47,368 bases of DNA from Barthelona sp. PAP020. Its lineage: Eukaryota. Location: positions 1-47,368 of the forward strand of contig JARQWU010000053.1 in the NCBI GenBank assembly GCA_040182905.1, written 5' to 3'. The position numbers and the translations under genes were made by a program. Below, one piece after another: positions 7,917-18,080 of the stretch. Each line of letters opens with the position of its first letter. The stretch's first letter is position 1. Below the pieces are notes generated by a model, which worked only from the letters and a program-made list of their open reading frames with translations, searched no databases and was not told where the DNA came from.

Positions 7917-10900
7917 ATGGGGAATACATTATCAACTGTAACAATTGCTAATTATAATCTTCATACGATAGATGTGACATTCGATGAAAAATTAAAAGAT
8001 GGAAGATTATTCAAAACTTTAAAGACATTCAATGATCAACAAAAAGATTATGTGGTGAAACTATATTATAAACAAGATGATGATAAAATAGAAGAAATGA
8101 AACAAGAATTAAATGTGATAAATAAAGAAATTTCTGGTTATCGTTCATTATTACCATATACTATTTTACATAATGATTCCAATTCTAATCTTGTATATAT
8201 GGGGAGATCATATATGTATACAAACATGCAAAATCGGTTATCTTTAAGACCTTTTTTGACAAATGATGAAAAACTATTTATAACTTATCAAATGATCAAT
8301 TGTTTGGTTAATTTACATCGTTTAAATGATTCGGGATTAGGAAAAGATGTTTATCTGTCACATGGAGATTTAAAACCTTCAAATTTTCTATTGAATGCAA
8401 GTAATATGGTTTTTTTGGCTGATTTTGCTCCATTCAAACCTAAAACAATACCAAGAGGTAATAAGACGTATTATTCTTTCTTTTTTGACAACAATAATGA
8501 GGGCTGCTATTTAGCCCCTGAGAGGTTGGGAAACGGTTTAGTGTTTTCAAAGATTGATCCAAGTTGTGACATCTTCAGTCTTGGTTGTTGTATCTATGAG
8601 TTGTGGACTGAGCGTTTCTTGTTCACTTACAATGATATCTTGATGTTAACGAACGAATTCAAAGTTAATTTTTCAGATGATTCAATGTCAGTGACACATT
8701 CCCCTGTTGATACAATACCTGAGGGTATATCCAAGATGGTTCTTGACTGTTTAGATTTAGATCCTGAAAAGAGGCCTACGGCTGTTGACTTGTTAAACAG
8801 CACAATTTTTCCGCAAGTTTATTCTTCAATATTATATCCCTTTTTTGACTATTCGTTTAATTTGAAAACAGAGAGTTTGTTAAGTCTTTATGTTTCAAAT
8901 CACTTGAATTTTATTAATAGTAGACAAATTAATTACAATTTTCAGCCTTTAGATGTGCTTCAAGATGATCTAGAAGTTGTAGACGAGGAATCGACTGTTT
9001 TCAAATTGGTTTTATTCTTCTTGTTTTCTATATTCGATTATAAGCTTATAAGAATCAATGATTTGATTTTGTTTAATTTTTTGAAAGTTTTGAAAAGTTT
9101 TCACAAGCTGATTGACATCAACATCTTTTTTAATCGAGTTTTTCCAATTGTTGTTGACTTTATAGAGGATGTTAATGTGGACCAAAATCGTGTGAGCTTG
9201 TTCTTTCTCTTTTTGAGTTTTATCTTTGAGAACATGAATGTTCCTGAGCAAGAAGATTCTCTTGACTATGAGACGTATCTTGCAATTGTTTTTGAAATCT
9301 TTATACCTATTTGTTTGAGTCTCTGTAAAAATAGACATTATGTCTTGCATGTTGTGAACGTTTTGGAAAGTTTCACGAACTTTTTGTTCAAACTTTTGCC
9401 ACACGCGTTAAATTATGAGATTTTACAGAACAAGTTTCTTCATGATTTTGTTGAAGTGCTATTTGATATAATATTTGATGGAAACTATGATGATTTTGGG
9501 GATATCGAGGACAAAAGTATTACCGGAGGGAAATATCGCATTGATGATGCCCCTAACCATATTGACATTCAAGGAAGGTTTCTCGATGTTGTTGCGAATT
9601 GTGAGCCTTTATTAGATTCGGTTTTTTTAACTGTTGTTTTGGAAAAATTACATATATTGTTTAACCATGGGCATTATATGATACATGTCATTATTTTTAC
9701 GTTTTTGGACAAGTTGCTACGAAATGACTCAATTGCTTTTGCTTTCGATGATTTTATTTCACTATTTATCTTAGCGTTTCAGCATTCTGAAAATGTTGTT
9801 GTAAAGAGCAGTCTGGACACTATCATACATAATTATGAAAAGATCAACAATCATCTAAGTATAAAAGACCGACAATCATTGATTAAATACTGTGCTCCAC
9901 ATTTATATTCCGCTGTTTGTTACATCAGATTTGGGGTTATGAAGATGATCGAATTATGCACACAAAATTTGAGTATTGGTGAAGTTCATGCGTTTATTCG
10001 TCCCATTATCCGGCATTATCTACAATTCGACATTTTGTTAATTGATTTCGACACGTTAAAACATAGCGTAAATGATCCAATCAATCATTCTAACATTGTA
10101 AAGATCCGTGAAGAATTGGAGTATTTTGATTTGTTGAAGGATACTGAGAGATTTCAGACTTTGTTGAGTTCAATGGATCTCACTTTAAATGAGATCACAC
10201 AAATTAGACTTGTCAAAAACCATATGGCAAATGTTACTATAAGTTCAACAAAATTGAAAAGTCGCAATCAATTCATTTTCAATTCTGACACTATAAAGTC
10301 AAAATATTTGACATTAGTTGAGTTAATAGAACCAACTATGGTTAAGAATATCGATAATAGCGTTAGGTCTAATAACGTGAATCGTGTGAATCGTGTTTCA
10401 AAGAACAACGTTATTACTACTAAAGAATCTGAAGCTATGAGGCAAAGACCTATTTTGAGATTTATGCTCGATAATAAGCAAGATTTCCATCTGTTACTAC
10501 ACTTAAGATTTCATCAATCTTCAATGACGGCATTTACCATCTCTCCAAATTACAAATATATGTGTTCTGCCGATGTTGAAGGAAAAATTGCGATTTGGGA
10601 CACAACGAAATTTTATAAATTCGTCGCAACTGTACCTCATACTGTATTTACACGAGAGATACCTGTTTCTTGTGTAAAATTCATTAATTCAAGCAGCAAA
10701 TTAGTTATTGGATTGAAAGATGGTGAAATAAGAATTTTTAACATTCAAACATTGAATAATTCCATTCATTTCAATGAAGAAAGAATAATTGCTAATTTAG
10801 ATGGTCCAATTGTTGAAATTTATGAGACAAAAGGTCAAAATGAAGTAATATTTATCAGTAAAAATGGTGAAATCTGCTGTTATGACCTTTTATTGAAACA

Positions 10901-11831
10901 ACAAAAATGGAAACATAAAATGCCTGCATTTTTAGGCAAAATTTTATCAAGTTGTTTTGATGAAAATGACAATCAATTCATGTTTTTGGGTACACAAAGA
11001 GGTCTATTGGTCTTATTTGATATGAGATTTCGTATAGTTTCTAATGTATGGAAACATTCAGTTTTAATAAGAGATCTTAATTCTACCAAAGAGAATCCAA
11101 AAGATTTGAAAAAGAGATATCCAATATATCAGATTAAATTGGTTAAAAGCATTTCTGACACAGTTCAAATTGTCATAATGAGTTATCCTGGACTTATTGA
11201 AAATTGGTCTTTGGAAAATAATGAATTCGTGTCACAAATGTGTTTTTGCCAATTTGAAGGGCTTGTGGCTGTTATATTAAAGCCTTTGCAAAGTAGAAAA
11301 GGGAGATTTTTTGATCCTTCTTTTGGTTTGGTGGAATTACAGACTATTGAGGATTTGAAAGAAAATACAAGAACCACAAATCCAACATTCTTTGAAGAAA
11401 TTTTACATGAGCCACCTATTGTTACTGGCATGGAGTTGTTGAGCAACCAGAGATTCTTAGTAACAGATACTATTGGAAATCTGTTCTTGATTTCGCCATT
11501 TGATCCATATTTTGTAATTATATCATCTCCAATTCAAGGTGTATTCCGAATCAACAGTTACAATATATATAACTTTTCTTACAATGACCAAAATGTTGAG
11601 CATAGTACTATTTGTCGCGTTGTTCAATTATATTGTAAAGACGCCTCTTCAAAATCAGGAATAGCAACATCTGGTTCTTTGGAAAGGGTACCTACCCATC
11701 ATCGCAATGCTATAGTTAATGTTGGTTTGGTTTGTCAAGAGAAAGTTTCTGAGAATGTTGACAATAATGAAGAGTTACCTACTTTGGTTGTTAGTGTTGG
11801 GAGAGAAGGTGATATTAAGGTTTGGTATTGA
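7917..11831 (+). CDS. VPS15: Vps15 / PI3K regulatory subunit 4, 1304 aa
   Basis: MGNTLS myristoylation-type start; RLSLRPFL, HGDLKPSN, LADFAPFKP, FFFD..CYLAPER kinase-like domain; helical HEAT region; C-terminal WD40 ending GREGDIKVWY. Confidence 0.93.
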   Translation: MGNTLSTVTIANYNLHTIDVTFDEKLKDGRLFKTLKTFNDQQKDYVVKLYYKQDDDKIEEMKQELNVINKEISGYRSLLPYTILHNDSNSNLVYMGRSYMYTNMQNRLSLRPFLTNDEKLFITYQMINCLVNLHRLNDSGLGKDVYLSHGDLKPSNFLLNASNMVFLADFAPFKPKTIPRGNKTYYSFFFDNNNEGCYLAPERLGNGLVFSKIDPSCDIFSLGCCIYELWTERFLFTYNDILMLTNEFKVNFSDDSMSVTHSPVDTIPEGISKMVLDCLDLDPEKRPTAVDLLNSTIFPQVYSSILYPFFDYSFNLKTESLLSLYVSNHLNFINSRQINYNFQPLDVLQDDLEVVDEESTVFKLVLFFLFSIFDYKLIRINDLILFNFLKVLKSFHKLIDINIFFNRVFPIVVDFIEDVNVDQNRVSLFFLFLSFIFENMNVPEQEDSLDYETYLAIVFEIFIPICLSLCKNRHYVLHVVNVLESFTNFLFKLLPHALNYEILQNKFLHDFVEVLFDIIFDGNYDDFGDIEDKSITGGKYRIDDAPNHIDIQGRFLDVVANCEPLLDSVFLTVVLEKLHILFNHGHYMIHVIIFTFLDKLLRNDSIAFAFDDFISLFILAFQHSENVVVKSSLDTIIHNYEKINNHLSIKDRQSLIKYCAPHLYSAVCYIRFGVMKMIELCTQNLSIGEVHAFIRPIIRHYLQFDILLIDFDTLKHSVNDPINHSNIVKIREELEYFDLLKDTERFQTLLSSMDLTLNEITQIRLVKNHMANVTISSTKLKSRNQFIFNSDTIKSKYLTLVELIEPTMVKNIDNSVRSNNVNRVNRVSKNNVITTKESEAMRQRPILRFMLDNKQDFHLLLHLRFHQSSMTAFTISPNYKYMCSADVEGKIAIWDTTKFYKFVATVPHTVFTREIPVSCVKFINSSSKLVIGLKDGEIRIFNIQTLNNSIHFNEERIIANLDGPIVEIYETKGQNEVIFISKNGEICCYDLLLKQQKWKHKMPAFLGKILSSCFDENDNQFMFLGTQRGLLVLFDMRFRIVSNVWKHSVLIRDLNSTKENPKDLKKRYPIYQIKLVKSISDTVQIVIMSYPGLIENWSLENNEFVSQMCFCQFEGLVAVILKPLQSRKGRFFDPSFGLVELQTIEDLKENTRTTNPTFFEEILHEPPIVTGMELLSNQRFLVTDTIGNLFLISPFDPYFVIISSPIQGVFRINSYNIYNFSYNDQNVEHSTICRVVQLYCKDASSKSGIATSGSLERVPTHHRNAIVNVGLVCQEKVSENVDNNEELPTLVVSVGREGDIKVWY

Positions 11832-12040
11832 TTCTCTTTGTATTTTTATTTTTGAAAAGATTAACGGTTTAATGACATACAAACATATATTTAGTTTAAA
11901 ATAATATAAATGTAAATGTAAATAATATGATTTATTTTTAATTTTCTATTGATGAATCAATTGTAAAATGGAGGTAGAAAAAAATTGGAAAAGAGTTGTT
12001 TTTCAATACCTTTTTCCTTCAATATATCGTGACGAATTTC

Positions 12041-13222
12041 ATGAACGATGCAAACTATACAAGCATACAAAGGGCAAGAAATATTGTAGAAGATATTCAA
12101 AAAAATGAGGACAAGATTACATCAATATTTGTGAAAAAAAACAATTCAAATGATGATGAAAGGTCTACTTTGGAGTTACAATTAGATATTCGAGACAGTT
12201 ATAATGAAAATCAACGATTATCCCAACAATTTTCTCAGAATTATAATCAAAATATCAATAGTTTTAAAAGGGAACCAAAATCTTTGGACGATAATTTAAA
12301 TGAGTTCTATTTAAATGTTTCTTTGTTGAAAGAATATCATACTGCAAATAGTGAGCGTTTGAAAGAAGAGTTTATCACTTTACAACAAGTTGAACAATTA
12401 GAAAAAGACAAAGGTGTTAAAGAGCATTTTAGCTTGTTAGAGATTGGTGGAGAATGTTTTGATTTTCGTTCCTTACATGGTGATTTTTGTACAATAGTTT
12501 CTTCAGAAAAGGTCAGCCTTTTAGAGTTTGTGAGTGAGTTTCAAGTGCACATTTTTAATATAAAGTCAAAAAAGAACAAAACAAAGGAAAAGGAATATTT
12601 GAAGTTTTTGTTGAAAATTTTCAAATATTTAAATGACTTTTATCAAAAATTACATCCTTTTGACAATTATGGAGTAATTTTTCAAAACATTCCCAAAAAA
12701 AGAGATGTTCATACTGTTTCTGAAAAGATTCGCATCTTATGTGACTTATTGGAAAATATTTTCAAAAAAACGGTGGATTTTCTTAAGAGAACTCAAGGTC
12801 AAACAATTAAAGAAATAAAGGACAGTTTAAAAATGGTGGAAACTGCCAGAAAATCCAGAAGAATCCCTTCAGAATACAATCCAAAACATCTACCTTTAGG
12901 TTGGGACGGACAACCCATACCTTTGTGGATGTATAATTACCATCAATTGAATAGAGTTTTTAATTGCGAAATATGTGGTGATGCAACATTCAGGGGGCCT
13001 AAAGCTTTTCAAAGTCATTTTAAGGGCATTCAGCATGCAAAAGGCTTGAATGTTTTGGGTATTGATTATTCAGACGTCTATTTTGGTATCACTTCCATTT
13101 CAGATGCCCTTCAATTAAAGAAAGCTTTGGATGCAAAGCAAAGACAAATTCAAACATTCACATTGGATCAACAAGAGTTTGAAACTGTTGATGGTATAAA
13201 GCAAAGAAAAGAAATAATGTAA
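12041..13222 (+). CDS. SF3A3: Splicing factor 3a subunit 3 (SF3a60/Prp9), 393 aa
   Basis: YNPKHLPLGWDGQPIPLWMY followed by the zinc finger CEICG..FRGPKAFQSHF...H..GL..LGI. Start placed at the first ATG (12041) rather than the TTG in the track. Confidence 0.92.
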   Translation: MNDANYTSIQRARNIVEDIQKNEDKITSIFVKKNNSNDDERSTLELQLDIRDSYNENQRLSQQFSQNYNQNINSFKREPKSLDDNLNEFYLNVSLLKEYHTANSERLKEEFITLQQVEQLEKDKGVKEHFSLLEIGGECFDFRSLHGDFCTIVSSEKVSLLEFVSEFQVHIFNIKSKKNKTKEKEYLKFLLKIFKYLNDFYQKLHPFDNYGVIFQNIPKKRDVHTVSEKIRILCDLLENIFKKTVDFLKRTQGQTIKEIKDSLKMVETARKSRRIPSEYNPKHLPLGWDGQPIPLWMYNYHQLNRVFNCEICGDATFRGPKAFQSHFKGIQHAKGLNVLGIDYSDVYFGITSISDALQLKKALDAKQRQIQTFTLDQQEFETVDGIKQRKEIM

Positions 13223-13711
13223 ATGTCAGCTGATTTTTTATTTTGCAACAAAGCTTTTTTCAAAAGAAGTATGGAAATGAGGGTTACATCAATAAAAGAA
13301 ATGCAAAAAATCCCTTTTAAAAAAGAAAGAGATTTCATTGATAGAACCTTGACCTTCACTTCTTTCAGAGATCCTTTATTTCTAAAGAAACATGTCAATT
13401 TCAATATTTGAAAACATGCTTTCTTGTAAAATGGAAAAAATAAGAAAAAATGCAATAATTTGCTAAAAAGCATTGTTTTGGTGGGAACTAATTTTTGTTA
13501 TTTCCATAATTTTAACATGTTAAGTTATGTTTTAATGAATTTATTAACCATTTGCACTTGATTGAAGTGCCAAAAAAGGGGAAACTAATTTTCTTCTCAC
13601 TTTCAAACACAAAACAGCCCATTCAAACAGAAATAAGCACTGAAATGCATTTTATAAGAAAAAAAGAAAAAGAAACAAAAATATTTTTGATAATTTATTC
13701 AACCATCAAAA

Positions 13712-15340
13712 ATGTCTTTAATCAATATAACGGAAGAATTTAATGAATCCATTCAGAGATTAGAGGAATATGAGGTTGCTACACCAAATGAACATTTTGA
13801 TGATATAGCTTCATCAAAACCTTTAGGTGCTTGGAAAGTTGATTTTTATCATGTGTTACAACCAAATATTCGAACAGTTGATGAAGTTATTATGGAAATT
13901 ATGGATGATGAATCTTGTTTTATTGAAGAAGTTTGTAACAGACTCATTTTATTAATTTTACGTATGGTAAATGGTGATTGTATATTTCAAACGTTATTTT
14001 CATGGGCACCATTATGTTATTATTTACAAACAGGAGAGATTCATTCGAGAACAACTAAATTTGAAGGACTAATTAAGTTAGTTCACAGTATTACATGTCA
14101 ATATGCATATATAAGACGTTTAAATCATTTAAATGGATTGAAGAAAATATTTCCCAAATATTATGAACCGATTAACAAGGAAGAATTGTTGGGGATCAAA
14201 TCCTTTCGATTTTTAGTCTTATTTCAGAATTTGCTATATTTTAACAGCTTTAACGAAGTGATTGAAAGCTTAAAAAGCCTTCAAGATGAGCATTTCAATT
14301 TTCAATCAATTACAAGTAATTTTACAACTATTCATTCTTTTATTGACTACATGTATGTAAACAAATATGGGTTTGAATTTAATATGTATTTTCAAAATGA
14401 TTTAGAAAGGAATACTGATCTCATTAGATTTGACAGCTATTCTTTTGACTTTTTTATAGATTTACAAGTTGAATTTAAGTTTTTGAGTTCTATTTGTAAT
14501 GATCCTGAATACTCATCATTTGAACGAATATTTTCAATTTGTTTACATGGTTTATTTCACAAGAGATTATCTCCCTGTCAAAATAATTTAATTTTGGGTT
14601 TTTTATCGCAAAAAACTTCGATATTTAATGATTTAGAGCGTATTTATCGCTCTACCTCTAATTCTGACTCTGATTCTTCTGTTGAAGATGAACCTTGGGA
14701 ATTATGGAATTGGATAGGAAAGTTCAGTGATGTTTTGAAACAATTGGTTAAAAATATTTATGACAAGTCATCTAATTCAATTCAAAGCATTACCAATTCG
14801 ATAGTTGACATTGTAACCTTGGATGAACTTCTGGCGAACATTAGTCCCAAGGCCCCTGTTGAAATACTGAACGATTTTCAAACAATTAAAATTGTTGTCC
14901 CTTTACTGGCAACAACACTTCGTATTGCTATGAATATGGATGAAATCTATGCTAAATTAATGTCTTGTTATATTTGTATCCTTATAAATAATGAATTTCA
15001 GAGTGTTTTAATCAACAACAAAAAAATTAGACCTAATATATCATTTTTGCGTAGTTTTTTCCATCTTCGTTTCTTATCTCAACTCAGTGACTCTTCAATT
15101 AGAAACGCTCAATTGCAGTCAAAATATTCGACAATTGTACAATTTTTTTACACAAAATACTATTTTGTTCCTGAATATTTTGATAATTTTGATTTTAACG
15201 TTTATATGGAGCTTAGAAAAAGTATGTTGGAAAGTTTGATGAAACAATCTAATATTAAAAAGATAGAGGATTATCTTGATTGTTTTGAAGGTGAAATATA
15301 TTTTGAAAGAGATAATCTGGTCAATTTTTTCAACAATTAA
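13712..15340 (+). CDS. 542-aa protein, probable divergent NatC auxiliary subunit (NAA35/Mak10-like)
   Basis: N-terminal INITEEFNESIQRL...KVD and RMVNGDCIFQTLFS resemble the Mak10 motifs DIT..F..A...L...KMD and W..G.SL.QT.F. The ORF is certain; the family call is by eye. Confidence 0.55.
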   Translation: MSLINITEEFNESIQRLEEYEVATPNEHFDDIASSKPLGAWKVDFYHVLQPNIRTVDEVIMEIMDDESCFIEEVCNRLILLILRMVNGDCIFQTLFSWAPLCYYLQTGEIHSRTTKFEGLIKLVHSITCQYAYIRRLNHLNGLKKIFPKYYEPINKEELLGIKSFRFLVLFQNLLYFNSFNEVIESLKSLQDEHFNFQSITSNFTTIHSFIDYMYVNKYGFEFNMYFQNDLERNTDLIRFDSYSFDFFIDLQVEFKFLSSICNDPEYSSFERIFSICLHGLFHKRLSPCQNNLILGFLSQKTSIFNDLERIYRSTSNSDSDSSVEDEPWELWNWIGKFSDVLKQLVKNIYDKSSNSIQSITNSIVDIVTLDELLANISPKAPVEILNDFQTIKIVVPLLATTLRIAMNMDEIYAKLMSCYICILINNEFQSVLINNKKIRPNISFLRSFFHLRFLSQLSDSSIRNAQLQSKYSTIVQFFYTKYYFVPEYFDNFDFNVYMELRKSMLESLMKQSNIKKIEDYLDCFEGEIYFERDNLVNFFNN

Positions 15341-15660
15341 TCGTACTTTTATTTAATTGTCATTTTTTATGTTTTTTTTTATAAATTGTCATGTGAATAT
15401 GCATGTGTTTGTATTATGTTTTTTTATTTGTGGTTGATTTGTGACTAAATCATTAATTATATGAAGAAAAAGGAATTAGTTTAATTTTGAATGAATTTTG
15501 AATTGTTTAACAAATATATGTTTTTAAAAATGACCCCTCATTAATAAAGTTAATTTTATGCTTTCTCCTTCAATGAATAAAGGATATTTCCATTATTTTC
15601 TTAGAAACAAATATCACATTTTTCATTCGAATTTTTTATTTCAATTTTCGGTTTTATTTG

Positions 15661-16392
15661 ATGTTATCATCAGAATCAATTTATGCAATAATTCCTGAGC
15701 CAGTAGTTCCTCCTGAAAAAAGAGCTCAACATGTATCCAAATTTCGAAAATCTTCAAAGGAGGTAGTTAGAGAAGGAAAACAATTGCATGCTACATTTGG
15801 CCCAAAAGCTTCTCAACGTAGTGATCCTAAGAACTTTACAAAAAAATATGAGAAGACTGCAAAGTTGACTTTTCTTCCTGAACCTAAAAAGTTTGAAAGG
15901 GTCAAATCTTCTGAAAAACCAAGAGTTCCTAAACATAATGAAACTCTTAGTGGATCAAGACCTACAACCAAGGACTTTGTTCGTTCCAATAAGATTGAAG
16001 TTATGACGATGAAACCACCAAATGTTGAAACTGAGGACTTAAATTGGACAAAGAAGCCAGGATTCGGTCAAAAACCGGATTATTTGAATCAAATTAAACG
16101 CGAAATTGAAGAAGAAACAAAGATGATTCACCAAGCTGTTCATCCATCTGGAAAATCTATTTCTAATGTAAACATGAGAGAATTAAGTGATGAAGAAAAA
16201 CTTGAATTAATCAGTGGTTTAAAAGAACAATGGGATGAAGTTTGGGGAAAATATCGTTCGTTTAAGTTAGGTTTTGATGATTCTGATCTTCAAAAGAATA
16301 CTCATGAAGAGTATGAAAAGTTGTTGGATAATATTGAAAAACATATAGAGCGATTATCCATTCCACATGTATATGTTTATGATGACAAGTGA
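15661..16392 (+). CDS. ENKUR: Enkurin (flagellar microtubule inner protein), 243 aa
   Basis: ESIYAIIP..., HATFGP, DPKNF.KK, KPRVP, KDFVRSN, KKPGFGQKPDYL, LSDEEKLELISGLKEQW and a C-terminal coiled coil ending HVYV. Confidence 0.9.
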   Translation: MLSSESIYAIIPEPVVPPEKRAQHVSKFRKSSKEVVREGKQLHATFGPKASQRSDPKNFTKKYEKTAKLTFLPEPKKFERVKSSEKPRVPKHNETLSGSRPTTKDFVRSNKIEVMTMKPPNVETEDLNWTKKPGFGQKPDYLNQIKREIEEETKMIHQAVHPSGKSISNVNMRELSDEEKLELISGLKEQWDEVWGKYRSFKLGFDDSDLQKNTHEEYEKLLDNIEKHIERLSIPHVYVYDDK

Positions 16393-16743
16393 ATTTTCGT
16401 CAAATAGTTATATTTTGTGTAAATTCTGGATTTTTTTTTTTATTTTGCTTGACACATGGTTCTTTCTTTTATTTTGTGAACAAATTGGAGGGGAAAAAAG
16501 GCTTTATCATAACTCTGAGTGGTTGTTTCCACAGTATTTTTCAATTTTTGATGAGCCTTAGATTGTCGAAATTTGCTTGAAATTGTAAAGTGTTAACATA
16601 TTTATGGACATTAAGATGTGTTTTTTAAGCTGTTTGGACATCGTATTTCAAAAGAAAAGATACTTCGAATTGGATAATTACAATTCTCAAAGCGGCATTT
16701 AAAAAAGTTGAGGAGTATCCGACATAGCATCTATCTCAACAAA

Positions 16744-17832
16744 CTAATCAATATCACTGTCACTTTTTACATCCAGAAAGTGTACATGTTTCCTGCATTG
16801 CCCTCATTGAGACTTATTGAATCCAAACACACGTCAAAAATCATACCATACTCCTTTTCATTCATACAAATACCTGCAGCCACTAATTGTCCAATACTTT
16901 CGATTCCAATATTCATGGCAATAATATTTGAGAGCACATAGCCACCAAGATTTCTTGACAATTCTATGAGTTCGGTTTGATGGGAATAATTGCACTCAAG
17001 CAGAATTGAATAACTCTTTATGGTCATATTTTCACAGCTTCCACATGTTAATTGCGTTCTATTTGGTGAGATAGCAAATGAAAAGAATTGGCTTTCACAA
17101 CCACAATGAATTTTCTGCATAATCTGAGCCATCATCTATGTTCCAGAGTTTGACGTTATTTGAAAAATCACCAACGGCAATTGTTCTTTTTGATGAAAGA
17201 AAATCGAAGTCATAAACCTCTCACTCTTGTTTGAATGTACGAATAACGGTGAAATCATTAGAATCAACTAATTTGACGATTTTATTCCCATTAGAAGTTA
17301 AGTTAAAATATGGTTTCTTTTCAACGTACATTTCACTTTACGTATCCTTTCTGAATGAAGTTGTTCTTCTCGAATACAACTACCAGTCTTTACATCCCAC
17401 TGCTTAAGAATACCATTACCATCACCAGAATACATATATTCAGAGATGTGGAAAACAAATCCCATAAACGGGAAATTCGTTATTCAATCTATACGAAATG
17501 GAGAAATTTGGAAGTTTATACACAATAATAAATTCATCATATGAACATGTGGCTAACTGTTCACCATTTGGTGAAAAAGCAACACAACACACAGCTTTTT
17601 AATGATTTTTCAAAGTTCGAGTTGATCTTCCAGTTTCTGTATCAATTACTTGAACATTGCCATAGCTTCTGCCAATCACCAAAAGTTTACCATGATGCGA
17701 GTATTTGCTGTCCATTATAGAACCAAAGATACCATCGTCTTTAATTACTCTCAAACTACTTTCATCAACTTTGAATGTAAGAATATCAGGGATCCTTTTC
17801 TTCACAAATCCATTATTTAGCACAGTTGACAT
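16744..17832 (-). pseudogene. Disrupted WD40-repeat gene
   Basis: WD40 motifs continue across frames: LKNH*KAVCCVAFSPNGEQLATCSYD, MYSGDGNGILKQWDVKTG, IAVGDFSNNVKLWNIDDG, FAISPNRTQLTCGS. Stops at 17599-17601 (TAA) and 17221-17223 (TGA); frameshifts near 17445, 17125 and 16778. Confidence 0.85.
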
Positions 17833-18080
17833 ATCAATCTGTCAATAAAAATAGTATGAATACTCCTCTTTTCTTGAAGTAAAGAACATTTCACTCAAGT
17901 TTTTAGTTTGACATGATTTTACCCATTTTCTTTTTTAGGTTTACTTGCAAATAAAGTTCTCCAGCTACAATTTATTTATAACGGTTTCAATAAAGAAAGG
18001 AAACAAAGCAAGTTAATAACGCAGGTAAAACAAAAAGAAATAAAATAATAGTTTATATCTGAAATGCGTTTCTTTGCATA

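Noticed and set aside
13168..13743. Short ORFs between SF3A3 and the Mak10-like gene
   Set aside because: F/K/L-rich translations typical of AT-rich non-coding DNA, overlapping neighbours, with no motif.
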